Origin: Paraglomus brasilianum
Taxonomy: Eukaryota
Reading direction: 5' to 3'
Length of the DNA: 64,000 bases
Assembly: GCA_910592345.1 (NCBI GenBank)
Contig: CAJVPI010000003.1
Coordinates: 1-64,000 of the forward strand
Within the stretch, counting starts at the first letter, position 1; each line of letters begins with the position of its first letter. The notes under the pieces were generated by a model, which had not been told where the DNA came from, searched no databases, and saw only the letters and a list, made by a program, of their open reading frames with translations. This document shows positions 51,990 through 63,370 of the stretch, piece by piece. The translations under genes were made by a program, and so were the position numbers.

Positions 51990-53560
51990 ATGGCGATGAT
52001 ACAGTTACAAGTTTTTAGTAGTAATTGTAATAGTAGTAGTAACAGTAATAGTATGAATAGTGGTGAGCCATTTCGGGCTATCTGCACCAAATATTCGCAC
52101 CAGAGTACTACGAACAGTGGCGAATGCTATTATTACTCTACCCGTATGTGAAAGATAAGCATTTGGGATTGGAGGTTGGGGGCTATATAGCGAGGAGAAG
52201 ATATTAGATTGTGTTTGTATAATATAATCATAATGACATATCATGCACATATAAACCGACCCAATACATACACACAACCCCTTTATATAATAGCAAGAAT
52301 TCAAGTTTATGCATACTTTTTATACCTCTCATTATATTTTCCTAATATCGTAATCCAACCAACAAACGGCTGTCTAATATGCATCATCTTCTTTTACAGT
52401 GGGTAAGAAAACTGAGTGGCGCTCCTGTAAGTTTTTAATCATTTATCCATTCATTTATACGTTTTCTTCGCTCTACAACCTAATCTTGATGCAAAACGCT
52501 GTTTATCTTGCTTGTTGCTCTTAATCTTACAGGACATGACTCCCGAGACAACCCGGAATATGACACAAGACCTCCTGACCCGCAATGGTGGCAGCATTAC
52601 GGAGAATTCAGGAGGTTTATTTGGCCCGAAGTGTAATACGAATACCAAGTCTTGCGCAGACTTCTACTCGACACAATTAAGTTCTCCTATCAATACCCCC
52701 TCCAACACTCCCTCAAGTACCCCCTCAAGTACCCCATCAAGTACTCCCTCGAGTACTCCCTCTTGCGCGACCCTTTCGATTCCAATACAAAACTCGTCTT
52801 TTATCACTCGGGTGTTTACGGATAAATTTTTGGAAGATGTTGACCAAACTGTACGGATTTTCATGGGAAGTCAATACATTTCGGACGGGTTCGTCCTGAA
52901 CGAGATGTTTTTTTTGAAAGGAAATGGTCTTGAGAAGGCAGGCTTACGTGAAAGGTAGAGAAACTTTTGATTGTGATAATCGACTGTTATAGTTAGAGGG
53001 TTATGAGCGAGGATTGGAACAGCTGGTGACGCAAGATTAAAAATAGCCGATGAAAGGTCTTGCTAGGATGATGATACAAAAATCATTCGTATTTCATATG
53101 TACTTCAATTTCTAACTTATTCACAAATGATTTACGAAAAATGTCTTTTCGAACTAACTGGACTATATTTCTTCGTCCGTGTTTATAGCTTGCTTTCTAT
53201 GATGGAACTAGCTGAAGAATGCTTTGACTGCAAGTACTTGATGGTTTGTCTGGATAAAGAGTGTAACTTAGGTAAGGCTCGAGCTCGACATGGGTTGGAT
53301 ATAATTGGGTGATTATTGGGGAATAGACAACATTGTCTAGTGATATCATAAATTATTTGCAAGTCACTAACTCACTCTCTCCATATGTTCCCCTTTGCTT
53401 TCTACGCTCTGCTTCCATTTCGTTACGTAATCTCATAATCGGTATCTGTCTTATAGTCGAATTATTACGCGTTTACCTGTACATCGGGTTTGAGCATGTC
53501 AAGCCCGCCGTATTGGGGCACTCTACAGAAAACTATGTGCTTCTCGGGATGGAATTGTGA
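51990..53560 (+). CDS. OAZ1: Ornithine decarboxylase antizyme with +1 programmed frameshift, 5 exons
   Basis: Exons 51990-52143, 52400-52426, 52533-52954, 53189-53271, 53457-53560. Spliced ORF1 ends YYYSTLGKKTEWRS at UCC-UGA. ORF2 (+1) has LRESLLSMMELAEECFDCKYLMVCLDK...LLRVYLYIGFEHVKP...YVLLGMEL, the antizyme domain. Confidence 0.93.
52692..52763 (+). repeat. 12-bp coding tandem repeat, (S/N)TPS x6, in antizyme ORF2
   Basis: agtaccccctca-like units translating to NTPSNTPSSTPSSTPSSTPSSTPS. Confidence 0.85.
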
Positions 53561-53748
53561 GGAAATGGGATGGAGTTGTGGGAAAGAATTATATTATTCT
53601 TCGTATAATACATTACTATTTTTTGCACTTCAAACAAGCCAATTTTGAATAAATATTGTGATATACAACTGTTTAATATAACAATTGTTCGGCATTCCTC
53701 TGACAGACAAATATCAGGAAGTGCTTCATTGAAAATCACTTTTCTCGC

Positions 53749-54472
53749 CTACAGCTTTGAATCAACTACAAGACCATAAAGAAATAACAGCATTACATAC
53801 GATCCTGATTAACAACAAGTATTATTTGATGTATCACAACAGCTCCTCTACTCACTGTTGAACTTGGTGTGGCTTCCCATTGCGACGACCTGCCCAGTAT
53901 TTTTATTCCTTATGACAGTATAGGTATTCGCTAGTGATCTACCCAGCTTGACAATAGAGCATTCTATCAGTATCACATCACCTTCTTTGGCAGCTGAAAC
54001 GTAGCTTATCGTCAAGTCATTAGATACGCCCCCGTATATGAAATACTTTGTCGCTAATTGAAGGATGACGAATAGACTGAATGAGAGATTCAGTTGATAG
54101 AGAAATTGATAATATAATTTTCAATGTATAAACGAAACTTGCAAAGTCGCATGCGCTTTCTGCTCTATAATGCACATCGATCCTTTCATACACTATTCAT
54201 CCTGACTCACCGGCTGCGATTATAGCACCAGTAGAACAAACATCGATAAGACTAGCAGTACATCCACCATGCAAGTTTCCCAATCCATTGCAGTCATCGT
54301 CAGTAACGGTCAACTCGAACACAGACTTTGTCGGTGTAATCTCAACGACAGACATCCGCGGCCAAAGAGAGGATAAATACTGGCCCCGTCGTTTGTTCGC
54401 ATGATAAAGGTAGTTTTGTAGACGTTCTACTGCAGAGCGTTTAGGGTCTCCTTTTACCACCATAACTGACAT
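53749..54472 (-). CDS. PaaI/ACOT13-like acyl-CoA thioesterase ending in SKL, 3 exons
   Basis: NGLGNLHGGCTASLID, GGVSNDLTISYVSAAKEGD, KLGRSLA, VAMGSHTKF. Exons 54211-54472, 53856-54053, 53749-53765; spliced end FNIDSKL-stop. Confidence 0.88.
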
Positions 54473-57400
54473 TTGATAGGATCTGCTGGCTCAAAAATCG
54501 GTGTTGCTATATACATGGACAAGCGAAGAGTTTGTCCAATCACCACAGTTTAACCACATGCTTGCGATGATAAAGAAACTGCAATGTTGGTTATTACCTC
54601 AATCAAACTAAATAGCTGATTTTATGATTTTCTGAGTCGCATTTATAGACCATCAATTTATGCATTGGATTGCAATGACAACTTACAAGTTTAAGAATTT
54701 TCATTTGTTTCGATGCTATTCGTCAAATATCTGTCGCGGTCGGAAGGCTTAGATTACATTCCACCTAGACTTATACTATCGAAATAATCTTGAAATATAG
54801 ATAAATACTTAAGTTTCATACGAATCATCCCAGAAAACGTTCTGTAGGGAATTCGTAATTCTGTTTGTTTTTACAAACCACATCATAAAGCGCGAATGAA
54901 CACACAAGCCAATATTCCAAACTCGAGTTCCAGAACGTAAAACGCTACGTTAAATGCCTCATTTCTATTGCAGTGGTCGCACCTCGTTAAAATATATAAG
55001 ACTAATATACATTTTCCCCTAATGTTTGTAAAATAAATTGTTGATATTTCTAGCATCGCTTTCCGCTATATTCTTAGTAATGTGCTACAAGTCTGTTGGA
55101 CGGCCGTAAAATCTTCTGCATGATTCAACTGTTACAAGCTCCTCCAATGCTGACATAGTTTCTCTATATAATGCACGCGATGCAAGAATTGACACTCGCC
55201 CGTATTAACTAAATGATTCTATTATATAATATATTCATATACGATAAAAGATAAATTATAAAATTGTTTGTAGTATTTGCTTTATAAATATCCAGTGAAT
55301 CCTCTCTAAATGCACAGTAACTGTTCAGGCTTATGATGGGAGTTAAGAGATAAGTATGCGTTCTATGAACAAGCTTTCATCTCTATAGGGGTGTTGTTTA
55401 AATGCAATATCATGTGATCGAGCTATCAGATACTTTTCGAAAATAAATAATACCCTGAGCTTTCTAAAATATATGATTTCGTTTGTTCATTGATGAATTG
55501 TATTTCACAAAATTCATTACAACTGTTAATGGTTTGCAACGTAAACAACATGATTGACATTCTCTATGCGACGCTCACCATAAAGGCAGGTGCATTTAAT
55601 GAGAGTCTAAGTAATGGATCAAGAGTTAACGATGAACGTTTTACTGAAACGGACAATAGCTCGGATCAATTGATCCTTTCTTCCTATTACTATCGAGTTC
55701 TTTTAATCCTGCAACGTTTTTTTAATACTTAACTCACGGATGAAACATCGATTTAATAGGTTTCACTTTTCAGTCAATTGTTACAATACTGGTAGGTATA
55801 GTATGCATTCCGAGGAATGAGATAACTCGGAATTATGTTTTGAAAATATGCTTGATTGAGTCTCCAGTCACAGCCATTTACAATCTAGCCGGCAAGACAG
55901 ATCGTATCCAATTTCTATGTTTATTAAGCGTAACCAAAACTAATTATAACTAAGATTAAACTAATTATAATATTTTCTTGAGCGGTGAAGAGAGCTTCAT
56001 AAAGTATTAAAAGTTTCAATGAGCTAAATAAAGAGCTTAACTTTTAGAAAAAATAAGGATGATATTACTTGATAGTCCTTTATGTGGCCGAGGTTTTGCA
56101 AAATCACAAGTTGCAAAGTCTGCAACCTCAGATATACAGTAAATCATTATTTGTCTTTCAGCAGCCCAACATCTTTTGACAATTCCGTCGTCGGATACAG
56201 GCTACCTTATTACACTAGTAAACCATTTAAATTGTCGTTTACTATAGCCTTATAACCCATTTTTAATAGGTAAATTACCGTAACGGGTTTTTTATAATAA
56301 TAATAACGAGGTTTATTGAGTATTGTTTGTTTATCATTAATAATGTATGACAACACTCTCGCAGACCATTCAAAGAATGAATCTAACCGTTCTTTTTACA
56401 ATAGGCGTAAAACATTTCCTAACGCCTTTGTTACCGTTTTTGTGTCCCGCAGCTCAATTAATGGGTCTCACGCCGTACAGTTGTATGCTGTGTTCGGATG
56501 ACGTGTTATACATTGTCCTTAGCTTATCATGACGATATGACAAGTCGTTTTATCATTAATTATATATTAGATAATGATATGATGCATCAACATTCTCGCG
56601 TAATTTCATATCTTTGAAAAAGAAAACTGTAGACCATTAAAGTTCGGAATGTTGTACACAAAGATCCTATTCCAGCACGTATAACAACCATGGCTCTCAT
56701 GTAATCAAGTCAGAAAGCATACGCATGTAACTTTAACACGACCGCTTGCTACATACAGGTAGAAAATTTTATTTCCAAAACTCGAGTTCTAATATGTTGT
56801 TTCAATTTTTTGGCCATGCATCTTTTCATTCTATTCACATTTTCGTGTAACCCTTTATGATGGTTGACGTAAAGAAGCCAGCTGCACAAACGGAAACTAT
56901 TTAGTGGTTAAACTGATGTCGCCTCTGCTTAACCCGTAGACTATCGTGTTTACCTAACTGTTGACTAGTACTCATGGTACTGATGATACTCTTATCCTGA
57001 AATAAATTGTGGAGTTTGCCTCTACAAAGCTGATGTAATATTATTCGTTGATTTGTTTCAAACCAGTCGCTCTGGGGTGTAAACTCGAGAGGAGGAGAAT
57101 CATGGACATACACGATCGATATCCTAAACCATTTTCTCATAGTATTAGACCTAAAAGTCTATCTCCATTACTTACTGCGGTATTGTTTGGAAGAAGAGAT
57201 CCTTATCGATCAGAAGCAAGGTTTTATGTCTGACAAAATCATATTTATTGTAGAATTGCCAAAAATATTAATATGGAGAGCATCAAACTCAGCGTGTAAC
57301 CTGCAAAGAATTTCCGTCAACATAAAATGAACCAATTGGCTAAAGTGACACCATCAGTCAGCAAGGGGCAGCCAGTAGCATTTGTTTCAAAGGCAAGCTT

Positions 57401-57846
57401 AATATCGGAATTTCAAAATTCGTCCTAAATTAACTATAAAACCCCCAAATTTAATTATCGATCATCGGTTGAATCGTCAATATAACATCACGGTTCTAAT
57501 GTCATGTATAAAGAATGTCTTCCATATTGCCACATTTTGTTCAAATTCCTACCTATTCAGATAAACTGACTACAACAAGACGAAGAAATTTTAAATTAAC
57601 ATACTGCGTTTGTTCTGCAAGATGTAGTAACACCATAGAAAGTCCAAGTTTAGAAATGGGTGATAAAGATTGGTTACAATTGGTTATGAATTGAAAACAT
57701 TTAAAAACTTGAACGGGTATTATACAAATCATTTTATGTCAGATTTCAAAAGCTGTCCCGCTCTTGATTTTTACAACAATACAACTATATACTTTGATAC
57801 AAGACTACAAGATAAGATAAACGAATCGTTCTAAGCCTTTTGTTTT

Positions 57847-58902
57847 ATGGAAGAAAATCAATCCACAACGAACGGTTACCCACAAATGTCAAATTCATCG
57901 TCACAACCAAACCTTCTGTTGCAACCTCTCACCATATCTCCTAATGAAGAACCTTCCTACGAAGCACCTCCTTATGCGCCCGATGATGAAGTAACATCAG
58001 TGCAAGCACCGCTGCAAACTCATCCGATTCTTTACAATCAAAAGGAAATTCAATCTTCTAACAATAACGGTGTTTATGTAGTCGACAACACCCAATTCTC
58101 GCCATTGAATTCTCCAGGAGTACAGAACGCTAACCCAACCTTTCCTATCTCGTCGGGCAACAACACAATTCAATCATCTAATACCCAGTCATTTCTAGTA
58201 CAGCAGTCTGACGGTACAATCGTCCAAGTTGGTTCAATCGGTAACCAAAAGACGACACCGTTTCCGCAACAGAATTTGCTGGCTCAAAATCAACAAGGAA
58301 TGTTAACGGGTATGTCCGCTGGTGGCCCGCAAGAATATTTTTGCCCAAATTGTCAGATGTCTGTTCTACCTATCGAGCAAACGAGTCAAACGCCCCTAGG
58401 ACATTGTTTTGGACTCATCATGTGTCTCATCATACCGGTCTTTGGAATGGCGTTAGGGAAATTGTGTGTCGCAACAGTTCGAAAGTGTCCTTTTTGTTCG
58501 AGCGTTGTTGAGAATCCAAGTGGGCAAAATATGATGGTTGGACAAACTCAAATGGTTGGACAGCCTCAAATGGTTGGACAAACTCAAATGGTTGGACAGC
58601 CTCAAATGGTTGGACAAACTCAATTGGTTGGACAGCCTCAAATGGTTGGACAAACTCAAATGGTTGGACAGCCTCAATTGGTTGGACAGCCTCGAATGGT
58701 CGGACAGCCTCAGATGGTCGGACAGCCTCAGATGGTCGGACAGCCTCAGATGGTCGGACAGCCTCAGATGGTCGGACAGCCTCAGACGCAAATGGTCGGA
58801 CAACCTCAGATGGTCGGACAGCCTCAGACGCAGATGGTCGGACAACCTCAAATGGTTGGGACGCTTAATCAGAATCAAATCATTGGACAGACTCAGTATT
58901 AG
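57847..58902 (+). CDS. LITAF-like zinc-ribbon protein with a Q/N/P-rich N-terminus and a C-terminal hexapeptide array
   Basis: CPNC, then a hydrophobic segment (CFGLIMCLIIPVFGMAL), then KCPFC. PSY/PPY motifs upstream. 351-aa intronless ORF. Confidence 0.75.
   Translation: MEENQSTTNGYPQMSNSSSQPNLLLQPLTISPNEEPSYEAPPYAPDDEVTSVQAPLQTHPILYNQKEIQSSNNNGVYVVDNTQFSPLNSPGVQNANPTFPISSGNNTIQSSNTQSFLVQQSDGTIVQVGSIGNQKTTPFPQQNLLAQNQQGMLTGMSAGGPQEYFCPNCQMSVLPIEQTSQTPLGHCFGLIMCLIIPVFGMALGKLCVATVRKCPFCSSVVENPSGQNMMVGQTQMVGQPQMVGQTQMVGQPQMVGQTQLVGQPQMVGQTQMVGQPQLVGQPRMVGQPQMVGQPQMVGQPQMVGQPQMVGQPQTQMVGQPQMVGQPQTQMVGQPQMVGTLNQNQIIGQTQY
58534..58860 (+). repeat. 18-bp coding minisatellite, 17 full (M/L)VGQ(P/T)(Q/R) units
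   Basis: atggt(t/c)ggaca(g/a)(c/a)ctca(a/g) units, with two extra TQ insertions. Confidence 0.95.
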
Positions 58903-60779
58903 ATGAATATAATAATAATAGAAGGTAGAGTTAGAGAACACAACGTAAGTTGATTCTTCACATAGTAATAGACTATGCTCTTTTGTTTTGTGTAGAGATC
59001 TTGTATTCTGTAGTATACAATTCCCTGTTTACCAACATACAAAAACAATATACCACTAATAGCGAAAACGTTTCACCGCTTCTTAGTTAAACTTTATCTT
59101 GTACTAATACACCTAGTGTTTGGAATCCATTTTGTGGTGCTAATACTAATAGCTTTGATCATGGGAACTTGTATTGGGAAACTATTTATTGTAGTTTGTT
59201 AGGCCATACGCTATTACTATGTTGATTATGGCGGCCGACCCACAGATGATCTAAAAGGAATTCTAACCTCTAGAATACCGAATTCGATAATATGCTATAA
59301 CTGAAGATGTGTTACTATAGTGAATTCATAAACTTAGCCACAAAACTTATGGCATTCCCTCATCTCTCAATTGATGATCGAACAATTTACGCGTCTTTAA
59401 TGTTAATTTTTATCTCATTAAGAGTAATAGGAGCGATAGTAATACTAAAATGTTCACGTTGGTTGACTGATATACAGTTTATCACGAAGAAAAACATGCA
59501 AATCATTTTGTTTCATGGTATGTTTTGATGTAAATACTTATGGTTGTTTTCAAACTGTCAAAAAGTTTCTTTGCTCAACTCGAGCTCTAACCCCTTATCA
59601 AACATTTAATATACATATACTTACACATGCACACAAACTTAACCCAATCCAAAATAAACTTTGGGATATCCACTTTAGGGCGTGAGCTCTCTAGAAATAA
59701 AATAGTTCCAGACCATTTTGGATGTTAGAGATAGCTTGAATTGCATGTCAGGTTTATGATGCTTATGATTATCACGTCTCGACTATTCTCCTCAATCCTG
59801 TAAATACATACAAATATTGTTAACGCGAGCAAGATTATATTTACCATTTTCTATCGAAAGTTATATACAAAACCTTGAGAAACGTGAAATAATTTCCGTA
59901 ATGTAAGTCATTTTATTTTAATATTTGACTCAATTATGGGAACGATATAGTGCCTATAAAAATCAGTAGTGTTAAAATTTTAATTATCGATGAAGCCGAC
60001 ATCATCAATAAAAACATCCCCTAGAACGAATTGTTGTAGTTCATTGAGCAAATAATAAACAAAGTAAACAAAATACCATGGTCGGTAGTAAAAAATTTTA
60101 TCGATTCATTCAGGCTGAGAACGATAAGAATTTCCTTAATTAGACGCGTCGAAATTTTATGCACTTTCATAATTAATACTCTAATAATAGTTCTATTCTT
60201 GTGCGTCGTTGTTGCTGAACGAAAGTGTCTATTATTAGGAGGCTAAATTAGGCCGGATAGCAGATATCTAGCTGTAGATAAGCGGATGCTGGAGTATCGG
60301 ACCGGGAGGAAAGAATAGGTTGCAATATTTTTATTTTATTAAATAGTATAGCACAACATTTGAGTGAGAGTTTATGCCTTGAAAATAGGAGGTATAAAGA
60401 GCAAATTTTAGTTGCGCCTTGATTGACGCAAGCGTGTAAGCAAGACCACATTTAGAGCTAAAATTTGAGAATATTCCCGGTCAAATTAGGTGATCGAACG
60501 TAACAACAGGTAAATACAAATTAACTACAAAAAGGAATTCAAGAATTTGACTCACAAATTTTCTAGCAAGGTGCGTACTGCGTGAACCTATTCCCACCAC
60601 AAGTGATCGAAGTGTGGTATGGTGCAACGCATCTAAAGCTCAAAATAAATTATCCAACTTTCAAAACTAATCCGTAAACAGATGATGCAGAACAAAAGTT
60701 ACGGTTTGGATTTTTTAATCAACCAAAAAAGTTTTGAGTTTTAGGGATTTGAAAAGTAACAGTTTTATTATGTTTTCTT

Positions 60780-61455
60780 AAGTTTCCTTAAAAATAAATA
60801 GAAATTTCGAAATTTTTTCTATTTTAATTTGAATTTTAAAACTTTTTGAGGACAGCTTTTTTTGGGATTTGGGTTAGGATTTATTAGGGTAACTTTGTTA
60901 ATAGAAGAGTATATTAATATATGGGTTTCAGAGGCATTAAAAGAAGTTAGTAACATGCTCTATTGTTTCTTCGACCAACTAAAAGAAAAGCCGCACATAA
61001 AAAAGTGTCTCGAGATGAAAGAGGCAAATTGATTAGAGATGAACTCAATTTTATCAATACAGAAACCGAAACAATCGAAAATTCAGGTCACGTTTGTATT
61101 ATTTTCCAAAAATTCACTGCAAATTGAACGTTATTTATATTGGGGAACAGCCAAGCGATATGCGCGAAATAATTATAATTACACATGGAGTGGATTACAA
61201 GAAACAGTTCCTCGTGCTCTCGATTCTGTTAATTTAGTAACCATTTGTAGATTTGCGCGAACGATATATGGATTTTACAGACGTGTAATTACAGGTAAAT
61301 TAGCAGAATATGCTGCTAAAAAATATATATCGCACAGAGAAGTCCCCGAAGATACATGGGATAATTACGAACAAATTAATTCGATCAACTTTCTTAAACC
61401 AGAGATTCAAAAAAACGTACAGTGCACGAAAAAATTGTCATATTTAACCAGTTAA
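60780..61455 (+). mobile_element. Degenerate IS630/Tc1-superfamily transposase C-terminus with adjacent MITE-related sequence
   Basis: YWGTAKRYARNNYNYTWSGLQETVPRALDSVNLVTICRFAR...KKYISHR, preceded by a frameshifted PKIHCKLN segment resembling PKFHCELN. Confidence 0.7.
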
Positions 61456-61689
61456 AAAAAAAAAGCCATATAACAGGTGTTAACAAAGCCTGATAGATAA
61501 CGCAACTGCATTTTGTTTACACGTTTACTAACGTTACATTCAACACATAACGACAAACCCTCGCTTAATCAACATTATATGACAATAACATCTCTGTAGG
61601 AGGCTGGCACGCGTGATGCTGACACTTTGCACAAATTCCACTTTCCACTGTATACAAATATATAAAAAAAAAAATACTTCTTTAAACTC

Positions 61690-62620
61690 TCTGCCCCGAT
61701 CTGGCAGGCCAAGAAAGCTTTCCCCTAAACAGCGTCGGCATCTCGGCCAACTTGTAAATACTCGACGAGCACTGAACTCGCGAATACTTTAAATAATCAT
61801 CATCCTAACTTAAATGTTAGTAGTCGGACAGTACTCAATGAGCTCCATAATCTCCAATATCACGCCACAGTTCCAAATCCATTCCTCTTCTTACAGCCAC
61901 TCATAAACAAAATCTTGCCATAAAATACAAGAAACAAAATTGAAACAAGGTCATATTTTCTGACGAAACTACGTTCCAGAGGTTTCGAAATACTCACTCA
62001 GCCTCCAAGTAAGGCCATGGTAAACCACCCCTATAAAGTTCACGCGTGGGGTGCTTTCTCAGTAAAAGGTCCTATTGGCTTTTTTCTTTTTACAGATATT
62101 ATGGACGGTACTCTTTATCGTAATATTTTAACTGTGATAATGTAAATGCTATTATGGGAAACAATTGGATGTCCCAACAAGATAATGATTCGAAGCATAA
62201 AGCTAAGGAAGACATGGAACTCCTCATGCAGCGATGCCCAAAAATTATGGATTGGCTGTCCAATACAAATAGTCCAGATATCAACCCAATCGAAAATTTA
62301 TGGCAATTTTAAAGAATCGTGTAGAGAAACAAGTCAACAAACTGTTAGTAAAAAAAAAGCAATCACCAAAGATTCTTTTCGTGAGATCATTCAGAAAGAA
62401 TGGGGTGGAGTCAAAACTGAGACCTTTGTGTTAATTTGGCTCGTAGCATGCCAAGAAGATTGGAGGAAATAATGGCATTAGATAAACTATTAAGTAAACT
62501 TGTTTATCATATCATAGGCAGTATTAGTATACCTGCAAAATTTTAACCCGTTTTCGTTGTACGATAAATAAAAACTAAAACGTCATTCTCGTTACTTTTT
62601 TTTTTTTTTCGCGCACTTAT
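61690..62620 (+). mobile_element. Tc1/mariner transposase pseudogene
   Basis: Broken frames give VIFSDETTFQ, VHAWGAFSVKGPIG, MDGTLYRNI, QQDNDSKHK and PNTNSPDI-NPIENLW, the DDE motifs. Confidence 0.85.
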
Positions 62621-63043
62621 ATAAATAAGCATGTACTGAATCTGCAACATTAATATTAATGTTAATGTCGAGTTTTACTTCTCATTGTGATTTCAGAGCA
62701 TTTTATTGGGTACATGTCATGTGATTTTGGACTTTAGATGCAGTCTGGCTATTGTAATTGACGCCGCTATAAAACATACGTAAAACGCACAAATAAAACA
62801 TACATAAAAGCGCGCGCGTTTGGACGGCCCGCTTGTAGCGCTGGCTGTTGCCGTCCACTCGTTTCGTGAACAGAATCTTCACTGGAAACTACGTGCAGAC
62901 ACCTTTGATCGGTTTCACATTATTGGGTCGAGGTAAAACTAACGAAGGAATAGAAGCTGAAGTTATTTATTCATAATATCTTTTTGACTAAAAGTAATGT
63001 CCTCTTCCATCAAACAAACAGACTTTACATCTATCAACTGACA

Positions 63044-63370
63044 ATGGCAAGTCAGTCCACATGCCGAGCTCGTTCAAAACTAACACATCACCATGCCTTT
63101 TCCGACGCAAACTTAAATGAACGAGAAAAAGAACTTTTAGCAAACCCGCCCATTACCCTACACTTGCCAATCGATCAGCTGCTAAAAAGCGCCGTCATTA
63201 AACGCTGAGATACGGCAAGTACCAAATCAGTTCCTGCTATACCGAAGGAACTTTTCGGCATTCGCCAAGCGGCAAAACAAAACGTTTCAGGAAACTTCTG
63301 CAGAAGCCACTCAAAAGTGGTACGCCGAACCTAACAACGTTAAAACTTTTACATGTTATCCAGAATTATG
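63044..63370 (+). pseudogene. MATA-type HMG-box transcription factor pseudogene
   Basis: MASQ..NPPITLHLPIDQLL, then in another frame VPNQFLLYRRNF..QETSAEATQKWYAEPNNVK. Helix 3 is truncated; a frameshift and stop lie near 63208. Confidence 0.7.

Noticed and set aside
58453..58941. Overlapping ORFs on the minus strand (LSDHLR repeats) and in another plus frame (WLDSLK repeats)
   Set aside because: By-products of a stop-free 18-bp minisatellite.
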